64,000 nt of DNA, from contig NIVC01001685.1 of the NCBI GenBank assembly GCA_002269645.1, positions 157,198 through 221,197 on the forward strand, given 5' to 3'. This document shows positions 1 to 15,000 of this stretch, in pieces. Numbering within the stretch: position 1 is the stretch's first letter; each line of letters opens with the position of its first letter. This stretch comes from Macrostomum lignano (Eukaryota). The notes under the pieces were generated by a model. It saw only the letters and a list, made by a program, of their open reading frames with translations, made no database searches and was not told the origin of the DNA. Made by a program: the position numbers and the translations under genes.

Positions 1-3000
1 GGGAGAGTTACAGAGATGAGACACGGGAGAGTTACAGAGATGAGACACGGAGAGTTACAGAGATGAGACACGGGAGAGTTACAGAGATGAGACACGGAGA
101 GTTACAGAGATGAGACACGGGAGAGTTACAGAGATGAGACACGGGAGAGTTACAGAGATGAGACACGGAGAGTTACAGAGATGAGACACGGAGAGTTACA
201 GAGATGAGACACGGGAGAGTTACAGAGATGAGACACGGGAGAGTTACAGAGATGAGACACGGGAGAGTTACAGAGATGAGACACGGAGAGTTACAGAGAT
301 GAGACACGGAGAGTTACAGAGATGAGACACGGAGAGTTACAGAGATGAGACACGGGAGAGTTACAGAGATGAGACACGGAGAGTTACAGAGATGAGACAC
401 GGGAGAGTTACAGAGATGAGACACGGAGAGTTACAGAGATGAGACACGGAGAGTTACAGAGATGAGACACGGGAGTTACAGAGATGAGACACGGAGAGTT
501 ACAGAGATGAGACACGGGAGAGTTACAGAGATGAGACACGGGAGAGTTACAGAGATGAGACACGGGAGTTACAGAGATGAGACACGGAGAGTTACAGAGA
601 TGAGACACGGGAGAGTTACAGAGATGAGACACGGGAGTTAGAGATGAGACACGGGAGAGTTACAGAGATGAGACACGGGAGAGTTACAGAGATGAGACAC
701 GGGAGAGTTACAGAGATGAGACACGGGACAGTTAGAGATGAGACACGGGAGAGTTACAGAGATGAGACACGGGAGAGTTACAGAGATGAGACACGGGACA
801 GTTAGAGATGAGACACGGAGAGTTACAGAGATGAGACACGGGAGAGTTACAGAGATGAGACACGGGAGAGTTACAGAGATGAGACACGGGACAGTTAGAG
901 ATGAGACACGGGAGAGTTACAGAGATGAGACACGGGAGAGTTACAGAGATGAGACACGGAGAGTTACAGAGATGAGACACGGAGAGTTACAGAGATGAGA
1001 CACGGGAGAGTTACAGAGATGAGACACGGGAGAGTTACAGAGATGAGACACGGGAGTTACAGAGATGAGACACGGGAGAGTTACAGAGATGAGACACGGA
1101 GAGTTACAGAGATGAGACACGGGAGAGTTACAGAGATGAGACACGGAGAGTTACAGAGATGAGACACGGAGAGTTACAGAGATGAGACACGGGAGAGTTA
1201 CAGAGATGAGACACGGGAGAGTTACAGAGATGAGACACGGAGAGTTACAGAGATGAGACACGGAGAGTTACAGAGATGAGACACGGAGAGTTACAGAGAT
1301 GAGACACGGAGAGTTACAGAGATGAGACACGGGAGTTACAGAGATGAGACACGGGAGAGTTACAGAGATGAGACACGGAGAGTTACAGAGATGAGACACG
1401 GAGAGTTACAGAGATGAGACACGGGAGAGTTACAGAGATGAGACACGGAGAGTTACAGAGATGAGACACGGGAGAGTTACAGAGATGAGACACGGGAGAG
1501 TTACAGAGATGAGACACGGGAGTTACAGAGATGAGACACGGAGAGTTACAGAGATGAGACACGGGAGAGTTACAGAGATGAGACACGGAGAGTTACAGAG
1601 ATGAGACACGGAGAGTTACAGAGATGAGACACGGGAGTTACAGAGATGAGACACGGGAGAGTTACAGAGATGAGACACGGGAGAGTTACAGAGATGAGAC
1701 ACGGGAGAGTTAGAGATGAGACACGGGAGAGTTACAGAGATGAGACACGGGAGAGTTACAGAGATGAGACACGGGAGAGTTACAGAGATGAGACACGGGA
1801 CAGTTAGAGATGAGACACGGGAGTTACAGAGATGAGACACGGGAGAGTTACAGAGATGAGACACGGGAGAGTTACAGAGATGAGACACGGAGAGTTACAG
1901 AGATGAGACACGGGAGAGTTACAGAGATGAGACACGGGAGAGTTACAGAGATGAGACACGGGAGAGTTAGAGATGAGACACGGAGAGTTACAGAGATGAG
2001 ACACGGGAGAGTTACAGAGATGAGACACGGGAGAGTTACAGAGATGAGACACGGGAGAGTTACAGAGATGAGACACGGGAGAGTTACAGAGATGAGACAC
2101 GGGAGAGTTACAGAGATGAGACACGGGAGAGTTACAGAGATGAGACACGGGAGAGTTACAGAGATGAGACACGGGAGAGTTACAGAGATGAGACACGGGA
2201 GAGTTACAGAGATGAGACACGGAGAGTTACAGAGATGAGACACGGGAGAGTTACAGAGATGAGACACGGGAGAGTTACAGAGATGAGACACGGAGAGTTA
2301 CAGAGATGAGACACGGGAGAGTTACAGAGATGAGACACGGGAGAGTTACAGAGATGAGACACGGAGAGTTACAGAGATGAGACACGGGAGTTACAGAGAT
2401 GAGACACGGAGAGTTACAGAGATGAGACACGGAGAGTTACAGAGATGAGACACGGGAGAGTTACAGAGATGAGACACGGGAGAGTTACAGAGATGAGACA
2501 CGGAGAGTTACAGAGATGAGACACGGGAGAGTTACAGAGATGAGACACGGAGAGTTACAGAGATGAGACACGGGAGAGTTACAGAGATGAGACACGGGAG
2601 AGTTACAGAGATGAGACACGGGAGAGTTACAGAGATGAGACACGGGAGAGTTACAGAGATGAGACACGGGAGAGTTACAGAGATGAGACACGGGAGAGTT
2701 ACAGAGATGAGACACGGAGAGTTACAGAGATGAGACACGGAGAGTTACAGAGATGAGACACGGGAGAGTTACAGAGATGAGACACGGGAGAGTTACAGAG
2801 ATGAGACACGGAGAGTTACAGAGATGAGACACGGAGAGTTACAGAGATGAGACACGGGAGAGTTACAGAGATGAGACACGGGAGAGTTACAGAGATGAGA
2901 CACGGGAGAGTTACAGAGATGAGACACGGAGAGTTACAGAGATGAGACACGGGAGAGTTACAGAGATGAGTTACAGAGATGAGACACGGGAGAGTTACAG

Positions 3001-6000
3001 AGATGAGACACGGAGAGTTACAGAGATGAGACACGGGAGAGTTACAGAGATGAGACACGGAGAGTTACAGAGATGAGACACGGGAGAGTTACAGAGATGA
3101 GACACGGAGAGTTACAGAGATGAGACACGGAGAGTTACAGAGATGAGACACGGAGAGTTACAGAGATGAGACACGGAGAGTTACAGAGATGAGACACGGG
3201 AGAGTTACAGAGATGAGACACGGGAGAGTTACAGAGATGAGACACGGGAGAGTTACAGAGATGAGACACGGGAGAGTTACAGAGATGAGACACGGGAGTT
3301 ACAGAGATGAGACACGGGAGAGTTACAGAGATGAGACACGGAGAGTTACAGAGATGAGACACGGAGAGTTACAGAGATGAGACACGGGAGAGTTATAGAG
3401 ATGAGACACGGGAGAGTTACAGAGATGAGACACGGGAGAGTTACAGAGATGAGACACGGGAGAGTTACAGAGATGAGACACGGAGAGTTACAGAGATGAG
3501 ACACGGGAGAGTTACAGAGATGAGACACGGGAGAGTTACAGAGATGAGACACTGGAGAGTTACAGAGATGAGACACGGGAGAGTTACAGAGATGAGACAC
3601 GGAGAGTTACAGAGATGAGACACGGAGAGTTACAGAGATGAGACACGGGAGAGTTACAGAGATGAGACACGGGAGAGTTACAGAGATGAGACACGGGAGA
3701 GTTACAGAGATGAGACACGGAGAGTTACAGAGATGAGACACTGGAGAGTTACAGAGATGAGACACGGGAGAGTTACAGAGATGAGACACGGAGAGTTACA
3801 GAGATGAGACACTGGAGAGTTACAGAGATGAGACACGGGAGAGTTACAGAGATGAGACACTGGAGAGTTACAGAGATGAGACACGGAGAGTTACAGAGAT
3901 GAGACACGGAGAGTTACAGAGATGAGACACGGAGAGTTACAGAGATGAGACACGGAGAGTTACAGAGATGAGACACGGAGAGTTACAGAGATGAGACACG
4001 GAGAGTTACAGAGATGAGACACGGAGAGTTACAGAGATGAGACACGGAGAGTTACAGAGATGAGACACGGGAGAGTTACAGAGATGAGACACGGAGAGTT
4101 ACAGAGATGAGACACGGGAGAGTTACAGAGATGAGACACGGGAGAGTTACAGAGATGAGACACGGAGAGTTACAGAGATGAGACACGGAGAGTTACAGAG
4201 ATGAGACACGGAGAGTTACAGAGATGAGACACGGGAGAGTTACAGAGATGAGACACGGGAGAGTTACAGAGATGAGACACGGAGAGTTACAGAGATGAGA
4301 CACGGGAGAGTTACAGAGATGAGACACGGGAGAGTTACAGAGATGAGACACGGGAGAGTTACAGAGATGAGACACGGAGAGTTACAGAGATGAGACACGG
4401 GAGAGTTACAGAGATGAGACACGGGAGAGTTACAGAGATGAGACACGGGAGAGTTACAGAGATGAGACACGGGAGAGTTACAGAGATGAGACACGGGAGA
4501 GTTACAGAGATGAGACACGGGAGAGTTACAGAGATGAGACACGGAGAGTTACAGAGATGAGACACGGGAGAGTTACAGAGATGAGACACGGGAGAGTTAC
4601 AGAGATGAGACACGGGAGAGTTACAGAGATGAGACACGGAGAGTTACAGAGATGAGACACGGGAGAGTTACAGAGATGAGACACGGGACAGTTACAGAGA
4701 TGAGACACGGGAGAGTTACAGAGATGAGACACGGGAGTTACAGAGATGAGACACGGGAGAGTTACAGAGATGAGACACGGGAGAGTTACAGAGATGAGAC
4801 ACGGAGAGTTACAGAGATGAGACACGGGAGAGTTACAGAGATGAGACACGGGAGAGTTACAGAGATGAGACACGGGAGAGTTACAGAGATGAGACACGGG
4901 AGTTACAGAGATGAGACACGGAGAGTTACAGAGATGAGACACGGAGAGTTACAGAGATGAGACACGGGAGAGTTACAGAGATGAGACACGGGAGAGTTAC
5001 AGAGATGAGACACGGGAGAGTTACAGAGATGAGACACGGGAGAGTTACAGAGATGAGACACGGAGAGTTACAGAGATGAGACACGGAGAGTTACAGAGAT
5101 GAGACACGGGAGACAGAGATGAGACACGGAGAGTTACAGAGATGAGACACGGAGAGTTACAGAGATGAGACACGGGACAGTTGTAGAGATGAGACACGGG
5201 AGAGTTACAGAGATGAGACACGGAGAGTTACAGAGATGAGACACGGGAGAGTTAGAGATGAGACACGGGAGAGTTACAGAGATGAGACACTGGAGAGTTA
5301 CAGAGATGAGACACGGGAGACAGAGATGAGACACGGGAGAGTTACAGAGATGAGACACGGAGAGTTACAGAGATGAGACACGGGAGAGTTATAGAGATGA
5401 GACACGGGAGAGTTACAGAGATGAGACACGGAGAGTTACAGAGATGAGACACGGGAGTTGTAGAGATGAGACACGGGAGAGTTACAGAGATGAGACACGG
5501 GAGAGTTACAGAGATGAGACACGGGAGTTAGAGATGAGACACGGGAGAGTTAGAGATGAGACACGGAGAGTTACAGAGATGAGACACGGAGAGTTACAGA
5601 GATGAGACACGGGACAGTTAGAGATGAGACACGGGAGAGTTACAGAGATGAGACACGGGAGAGTTACAGAGATGAGACACGGGAGAGTTAGAGATGAGAC
5701 ACGGGAGTTACAGAGATGAGACACGGAGAGTTACAGAGATGAGACACGGGAGAGTTAGAGATGAGACACGGGAGAGTTACAGAGATGAGACACGGGAGAG
5801 TTACAGAGATGAGACACGGGAGAGTTACAGAGATGAGACACGGGAGAGTTACAGAGATGAGACACGGGAGAGTTACAGAGATGAGACACGGGAGAGTTAC
5901 AGAGATGAGACACGGAGAGTTACAGAGATGAGACACGGAGAGTTACAGAGATGAGACACGGAGAGTTACAGAGATGAGACACGGAGAGTTACAGAGATGA

Positions 6001-9000
6001 GACACGGGACAGTTACAGAGATGAGACACGGGAGAGTTACAGAGATGAGACACGGAGAGTTACAGAGATGAGACACGGGAGAGTTACAGAGATGAGACAC
6101 GGAGAGTTACAGAGATGAGACACGGGAGAGTTACAGAGATGAGACACGGAGAGTTACAGAGATGAGACACGGGAGAGTTACAGAGATGAGACACGGAGAG
6201 TTACAGAGATGAGACACGGGAGAGTTACAGAGATGAGACACGGGAGAGTTACAGAGATGAGACACGGGAGAGTTACAGAGATGAGACACGGGAGAGTTAC
6301 AGAGATGAGACACGGGAGAGTTACAGAGATGAGACACGGGAGAGTTACAGAGATGAGACACGGGAGAGTTACAGAGATGAGACACGGGAGAGTTACAGAG
6401 ATGAGACACGGGAGAGTTAGAGATGAGACACGGGAGAGTTACAGAGATGAGACACGGGAGAGTTACAGAGATGAGACACGGGACAGTTAGAGATGAGACA
6501 CGGGACAGTTAGAGATGAGACACGGGAGAGTTACAGAGATGAGACACGGGAGAGTTACAGAGATGAGACACGGGAGAGTTACAGAGATGAGACACGGGAG
6601 AGTTACAGAGATGAGACACGGGAGAGTTACAGAGATGAGACACGGAGAGTTACAGAGATGAGACACGGGAGTTACAGAGATGAGACACGGGAGAGTTACA
6701 GAGATGAGACACGGGAGAGTTACAGAGATGAGACACGGGAGAGTTACAGAGATGAGACACGGGAGAGTTACAGAGATGAGACACGGAGAGTTACAGAGAT
6801 GAGACACGGAGAGTTACAGAGATGAGACACGGGAGAGTTACAGAGATGAGACACGGGAGAGTTACAGAGATGAGACACGGAGAGTTACAGAGATGAGACA
6901 CGGGAGAGTTACAGAGATGAGACACGGAGAGTTACAGAGATGAGACACGGGAGTTACAGAGATGAGACACGGGAGAGTTACAGAGATGAGACACGGAGAG
7001 TTACAGAGATGAGACACGGGAGAGTTACAGAGATGAGACACGGAGAGTTACAGAGATGAGACACGGGAGAGTTACAGAGATGAGACACGGAGAGTTACAG
7101 AGATGAGACACGGAGAGTTACAGAGATGAGACACGGAGAGTTACAGAGATGAGACACGGGAGAGTTACAGAGATGAGACACGGGAGAGTTACAGAGATGA
7201 GACACGGGAGAGTTACAGAGATGAGACACGGGAGAGTTACAGAGATGAGACACGGAGAGTTACAGAGATGAGACACGGAGAGTTACAGAGATGAGACACG
7301 GGAGAGTTACAGAGATGAGACACGGGAGAGTTACAGAGATGAGACACGGAGAGTTACAGAGATGAGACACGGGAGAGTTACAGAGATGAGACACGGAGAG
7401 TTACAGAGATGAGACACGGAGAGTTACAGAGATGAGACACGGAGAGTTACAGAGATGAGACACGGGAGAGTTACAGAGATGAGACACGGAGAGTTACAGA
7501 GATGAGACACGGAGAGTTACAGAGATGAGACACGGAGAGTTACAGAGATGAGACACGGAGAGTTACAGAGATGAGACACGGAGAGTTACAGAGATGAGAC
7601 ACGGAGAGTTACAGAGATGAGACACGGAGAGTTACAGAGATGAGACACGGAGAGTTACAGAGATGAGACACGGAGAGTTACAGAGATGAGACACGGGAGA
7701 GTTACAGAGATGAGACACGGAGAGTTACAGAGATGAGACACGGAGAGTTACAGAGATGAGACACGGGAGTTACAGAGATGAGACACGGAGAGTTACAGAG
7801 ATGAGACACGGAGAGTTACAGAGATGAGACACGGGAGAGTTACAGAGATGAGACACGGAGAGTTACAGAGATGAGACACGGGAGAGTTACAGAGATGAGA
7901 CACGGGAGAGTTACAGAGATGAGACACGGAGAGTTACAGAGATGAGACACGGGAGTTACAGAGATGAGACACGGGAGAGTTACAGAGATGAGACACGGAG
8001 AGTTACAGAGATGAGACACGGAGAGTTACAGAGATGAGACACGGGAGTTACAGAGATGAGACACGGGAGAGTTACAGAGATGAGACACGGGAGAGTTACA
8101 GAGATGAGACACGGGAGAGTTACAGAGATGAGACACGGGAGTTACAGAGATGAGACACGGAGAGTTACAGAGATGAGACACGGAGAGTTACAGAGATGAG
8201 ACACGGAGAGTTACAGAGATGAGACACGGAGAGTTACAGAGATGAGACACGGGAGAGTTACAGAGATGAGACACGGGAGAGTTACAGAGATGAGACACGG
8301 AGAGTTACAGAGATGAGACACGGAGAGTTACAGAGATGAGACACGGGAGAGTTACAGAGATGAGACACGGAGAGTTACAGAGATGAGACACGGAGAGTTA
8401 CAGAGATGAGACACGGAGAGTTACAGAGATGAGACACGGAGAGTTACAGAGATGAGACACGGGAGAGTTACAGAGATGAGACACGGGAGAGTTACAGAGA
8501 TGAGACACGGGAGAGTTACAGAGATGAGACACGGGAGAGTTACAGAGATGAGACACGGAGAGTTACAGAGATGAGACACGGGAGAGTTACAGAGATGAGA
8601 CACGGAGAGTTACAGAGATGAGACACGGAGAGTTACAGAGATGAGACACGGGAGAGTTACAGAGATGAGACACGGAGAGTTACAGAGATGAGACACGGAG
8701 AGTTACAGAGATGAGACACGGGAGAGTTACAGAGATGAGACACGGAGAGTTACAGAGATGAGACACGGAGAGTTACAGAGATGAGACACGGAGAGTTACA
8801 GAGATGAGACACGGGAGAGTTACAGAGATGAGACACGGAGAGTTACAGAGATGAGACACGGAGAGTTACAGAGATGAGACACGGAGAGTTACAGAGATGA
8901 GACACGGAGAGTTACAGAGATGAGACACGGAGAGTTACAGAGATGAGACACGGAGAGTTACAGAGATGAGACACGGGAGAGTTACAGAGATGAGACACGG

Positions 9001-12000
9001 GAGAGTTACAGAGATGAGACACGGAGAGTTACAGAGATGAGACACGGAGAGTTACAGAGATGAGACACGGAGAGTTACAGAGATGAGACACGGAGAGTTA
9101 CAGAGATGAGACACGGAGAGTTACAGAGATGAGACACGGAGAGTTACAGAGATGAGACACGGGAGAGTTACAGAGATGAGACACGGGAGAGTTACAGAGA
9201 TGAGACACGGGAGAGTTACAGAGATGAGACACGGAGAGTTACAGAGATGAGACACGGAGAGTTACAGAGATGAGACACGGAGAGTTACAGAGATGAGACA
9301 CGGGAGAGTTACAGAGATGAGACACGGGAGTTACAGAGATGAGACACGGAGAGTTACAGAGATGAGACACGGAGAGTTACAGAGATGAGACACGGGAGAG
9401 TTACAGAGATGAGACACGGGAGAGTTACAGAGATGAGACACGGGAGAGTTACAGAGATGAGACACGGGAGAGTTACAGAGATGAGACACGGAGAGTTACA
9501 GAGATGAGACACGGGAGAGTTACAGAGATGAGACACGGGAGAGTTACAGAGATGAGACACGGGAGAGTTACAGAGATGAGACACGGGAGAGTTACAGAGA
9601 TGAGACACGGGAGTTACAGAGATGAGACACGGGAGAGTTAGAGATGAGACACGGGAGAGTTACAGAGATGAGACACGGGAGTTACAGAGATGAGACACGG
9701 GAGAGTTACAGAGATGAGACACGGGAGTTAGAGATGAGACACGGGAGAGTTACAGAGATGAGACACGGAGAGTTACAGAGATGAGACACGGAGAGTTACA
9801 GAGATGAGACACGGGAGAGTTACAGAGATGAGACACGGAGAGTTACAGAGATGAGACACGGAGAGTTACAGAGATGAGACACGGGAGAGTTACAGAGATG
9901 AGACACGGGAGTTAGAGATGAGACACGGGAGAGTTACAGAGATGAGACACGGGAGAGTTACAGAGATGAGACACGGGAGAGTTACAGAGATGAGACACGG
10001 GAGAGTTACAGAGATGAGACACGGAGAGTTACAGAGATGAGACACGGAGAGTTACAGAGATGAGACACGGAGAGTTACAGAGATGAGACACGGAGAGTTA
10101 CAGAGATGAGACACGGAGAGTTACAGAGATGAGACACGGAGAGTTACAGAGATGAGACACGGGAGAGTTACAGAGATGAGACACGGGAGAGTTACAGAGA
10201 TGAGACACGGAGAGTTACAGAGATGAGACACGGGAGAGTTACAGAGATGAGACACGGGAGAGTTACAGAGATGAGACACGGAGAGTTACAGAGATGAGAC
10301 ACGGAGAGTTACAGAGATGAGACACGGGAGAGTTACAGAGATGAGACACGGAGAGTTACAGAGATGAGACACGGGAGAGTTACAGAGATGAGACACGGGA
10401 GAGTTAGAGATGAGACACGGGAGAGTTACAGAGATGAGACACGGGAGAGTTACAGAGATGAGACACGGGAGAGTTACAGAGATGAGACACGGAGAGTTAC
10501 AGAGATGAGACACGGGAGAGTTACAGAGATGAGACACGGGAGAGTTACAGAGATGAGACACTGGAGAGTTACAGAGATGAGACACGGGAGAGTTACAGAG
10601 ATGAGACACGGGAGAGTTACAGAGATGAGACACTGGAGAGTTACAGAGATGAGACACGGGAGAGTTACAGAGATGAGACACGGAGAGTTACAGAGATGAG
10701 ACACGGAGAGTTACAGAGATGAGACACGGAGAGTTACAGAGATGAGACACGGAGAGTTACAGAGATGAGACACGGGAGAGTTACAGAGATGAGACACGGG
10801 AGAGTTACAGAGATGAGACACGGAGAGTTACAGAGATGAGACACGGGAGAGTTACAGAGATGAGACACGGAGAGTTACAGAGATGAGACACGGAGAGTTA
10901 CAGAGATGAGACACGGAGAGTTACAGAGATGAGACACGGGAGAGTTACAGAGATGAGACACGGGAGAGTTACAGAGATGAGACACGGAGAGTTACAGAGA
11001 TGAGACACGGGAGAGTTACAGAGATGAGACACGGGAGAGTTACAGAGATGAGACACGGAGAGTTACAGAGATGAGACACGGAGAGTTACAGAGATGAGAC
11101 ACGGAGAGTTACAGAGATGAGACACGGGAGAGTTACAGAGATGAGACACGGGAGAGTTACAGAGATGAGACACTGGAGAGTTACAGAGATGAGACACGGG
11201 AGAGTTACAGAGATGAGACACGGGAGAGTTACAGAGATGAGACACGGAGAGTTACAGAGATGAGACACGGGAGAGTTACAGAGATGAGACACGGAGAGTT
11301 ACAGAGATGAGACACGGGAGAGTTACAGAGATGAGACACGGGAGAGTTACAGAGATGAGACACGGAGAGTTACAGAGATGAGACACGGGAGAGTTACAGA
11401 GATGAGACACGGGAGAGTTACAGAGATGAGACACGGAGAGTTACAGAGATGAGACACGGAGAGTTACAGAGATGAGACACGGGAGTTACAGAGATGAGAC
11501 ACGGAGAGTTACAGAGATGAGACACGGGAGTTACAGAGATGAGACACGGGAGAGTTACAGAGATGAGACACGGGAGAGTTACAGAGATGAGACACGGGAG
11601 AGTTACAGAGATGAGACACGGGAGAGTTACAGAGATGAGACACGGGAGAGTTACAGAGATGAGACACGGAGAGTTACAGAGATGAGACACGGGAGAGTTA
11701 CAGAGATGAGACACGGGAGAGTTACAGAGATGAGACACGGGAGAGTTACAGAGATGAGACACGGGAGAGTTACAGAGATGAGACACGGGAGAGTTACAGA
11801 GATGAGACACGGGAGAGTTACAGAGATGAGACACGGGAGAGTTACAGAGATGAGACACGGAGAGTTACAGAGATGAGACACGGAGAGTTACAGAGATGAG
11901 ACACGGGAGAGTTACAGAGATGAGACACGGAGAGTTACAGAGATGAGACACGGGAGAGTTACAGAGATGAGACACGGGAGAGTTACAGAGATGAGACACG

Positions 12001-15000
12001 GAGAGTTACAGAGATGAGACACGGAGAGTTACAGAGATGAGACACGGGAGAGTTACAGAGATGAGACACGGGAGAGTTACAGAGATGAGACACGGAGAGT
12101 TACAGAGATGAGACACGGAGAGTTACAGAGATGAGACACGGAGAGTTACAGAGATGAGACACGGGAGAGTTACAGAGATGAGACACGGAGAGTTACAGAG
12201 ATGAGACACGGAGAGTTACAGAGATGAGACACGGGAGAGTTACAGAGATGAGACACGGGAGAGTTACAGAGATGAGACACGGAGAGTTACAGAGATGAGA
12301 CACGGAGAGTTACAGAGATGAGACACGGAGAGTTACAGAGATGAGACACGGAGAGTTACAGAGATGAGACACGGGAGAGTTACAGAGATGAGACACGGGA
12401 GAGTTACAGAGATGAGACACGGAGAGTTACAGAGATGAGACACGGGAGAGTTACAGAGATGAGACACGGGAGTTACAGAGATGAGACACGGAGAGTTACA
12501 GAGATGAGACACGGAGAGTTACAGAGATGAGACACGGGAGTTACAGAGATGAGACACGGAGAGTTACAGAGATGAGACACGGAGAGTTACAGAGATGAGA
12601 CACGGGAGAGTTACAGAGATGAGACACGGGAGAGTTACAGAGATGAGACACGGGAGTTACAGAGATGAGACACGGGAGAGTTACAGAGATGAGACACGGA
12701 GAGTTACAGAGATGAGACACGGGAGAGTTACAGAGATGAGACACGGAGAGTTACAGAGATGAGACACGGGAGAGTTACAGAGATGAGACACGGAGAGTTA
12801 CAGAGATGAGACACGGAGAGTTACAGAGATGAGACACGGGAGAGTTACAGAGATGAGACACGGAGAGTTACAGAGATGAGACACGGAGAGTTACAGAGAT
12901 GAGACACGGGACAGTTACAGAGATGAGACACGGAGAGTTACAGAGATGAGACACGGAGAGTTACAGAGATGAGACACGGGAGAGTTACAGAGATGAGACA
13001 CGGAGAGTTACAGAGATGAGACACGGGAGAGTTACAGAGATGAGACACGGGAGAGTTACAGAGATGAGACACGGAGAGTTACAGAGATGAGACACGGGAG
13101 AGTTACAGAGATGAGACACGGGAGAGTTACAGAGATGAGACACGGAGAGTTACAGAGATGAGACACGGGAGTTACAGAGATGAGACACGGAGAGTTACAG
13201 AGATGAGACACGGAGAGTTACAGAGATGAGACACGGAGAGTTACAGAGATGAGACACGGAGAGTTACAGAGATGAGACACGGAGAGTTACAGAGATGAGA
13301 CACGGAGAGTTACAGAGATGAGACACGGAGAGTTACAGAGATGAGACACGGAGAGTTACAGAGATGAGACACGGAGAGTTACAGAGATGAGACACGGAGA
13401 GTTACAGAGATGAGACACGGAGAGTTACAGAGATGAGACACGGAGAGTTACAGAGATGAGACACGGAGAGTTACAGAGATGAGACACGGAGAGTTACAGA
13501 GATGAGACACGGAGAGTTACAGAGATGAGACACGGAGAGTTACAGAGATGAGACACGGAGAGTTACAGAGATGAGACACGGGAGAGTTACAGAGATGAGA
13601 CACGGAGAGTTACAGAGATGAGACACGGAGAGTTACAGAGATGAGACACGGGAGAGTTACAGAGATGAGACACGGAGAGTTACAGAGATGAGACACGGGA
13701 GTTACAGAGATGAGACACGGGAGAGTTACAGAGATGAGACACGGAGAGTTACAGAGATGAGACACGGAGAGTTACAGAGATGAGACACGGGAGAGTTACA
13801 GAGATGAGACACGGAGAGTTACAGAGATGAGACACGGAGAGTTACAGAGATGAGACACGGGAGAGTTACAGAGATGAGACACGGGAGAGTTACAGAGATG
13901 AGACACGGGAGTTACAGAGATGAGACACGGGAGAGTTACAGAGATGAGACACGGAGAGTTACAGAGATGAGACACGGGAGTTACAGAGATGAGACACGGG
14001 AGAGTTACAGAGATGAGACACGGGAGAGTTACAGAGATGAGACACGGAGAGTTACAGAGATGAGACACGGGAGAGTTACAGAGATGAGACACGGAGAGTT
14101 ACAGAGATGAGACACGGAGAGTTACAGAGATGAGACACGGGAGAGTTACAGAGATGAGACACGGAGAGTTACAGAGATGAGACACGGAGAGTTACAGAGA
14201 TGAGACACGGGAGAGTTACAGAGATGAGACACGGAGAGTTACAGAGATGAGACACGGGAGAGTTACAGAGATGAGACACGGGAGAGTTACAGAGATGAGA
14301 CACGGAGAGTTACAGAGATGAGACACGGAGAGTTACAGAGATGAGACACGGAGAGTTACAGAGATGAGACACGGGAGAGTTACAGAGATGAGACACGGAG
14401 AGTTACAGAGATGAGACACGGGAGAGTTACAGAGATGAGACACGGGAGAGTTACAGAGATGAGACACGGAGAGTTACAGAGATGAGACACGGAGAGTTAC
14501 AGAGATGAGACACGGGAGAGTTACAGAGATGAGACACGGGAGAGTTACAGAGATGAGACACGGAGAGTTACAGAGATGAGACACGGGAGAGTTACAGAGA
14601 TGAGACACGGGAGAGTTACAGAGATGAGACACGGAGAGTTACAGAGATGAGACACGGAGAGTTACAGAGATGAGACACGGAGAGTTACAGAGATGAGACA
14701 CGGAGAGTTACAGAGATGAGACACGGAGAGTTACAGAGATGAGACACGGAGAGTTACAGAGATGAGACACGGGAGAGTTACAGAGATGAGACACGGGAGA
14801 GTTACAGAGATGAGACACGGAGAGTTACAGAGATGAGACACGGGAGAGTTACAGAGATGAGACACGGAGAGTTACAGAGATGAGACACGGAGAGTTACAG
14901 AGATGAGACACGGAGAGTTACAGAGATGAGACACGGGAGAGTTACAGAGATGAGACACGGGAGAGTTACAGAGATGAGACACGGAGAGTTACAGAGATGA

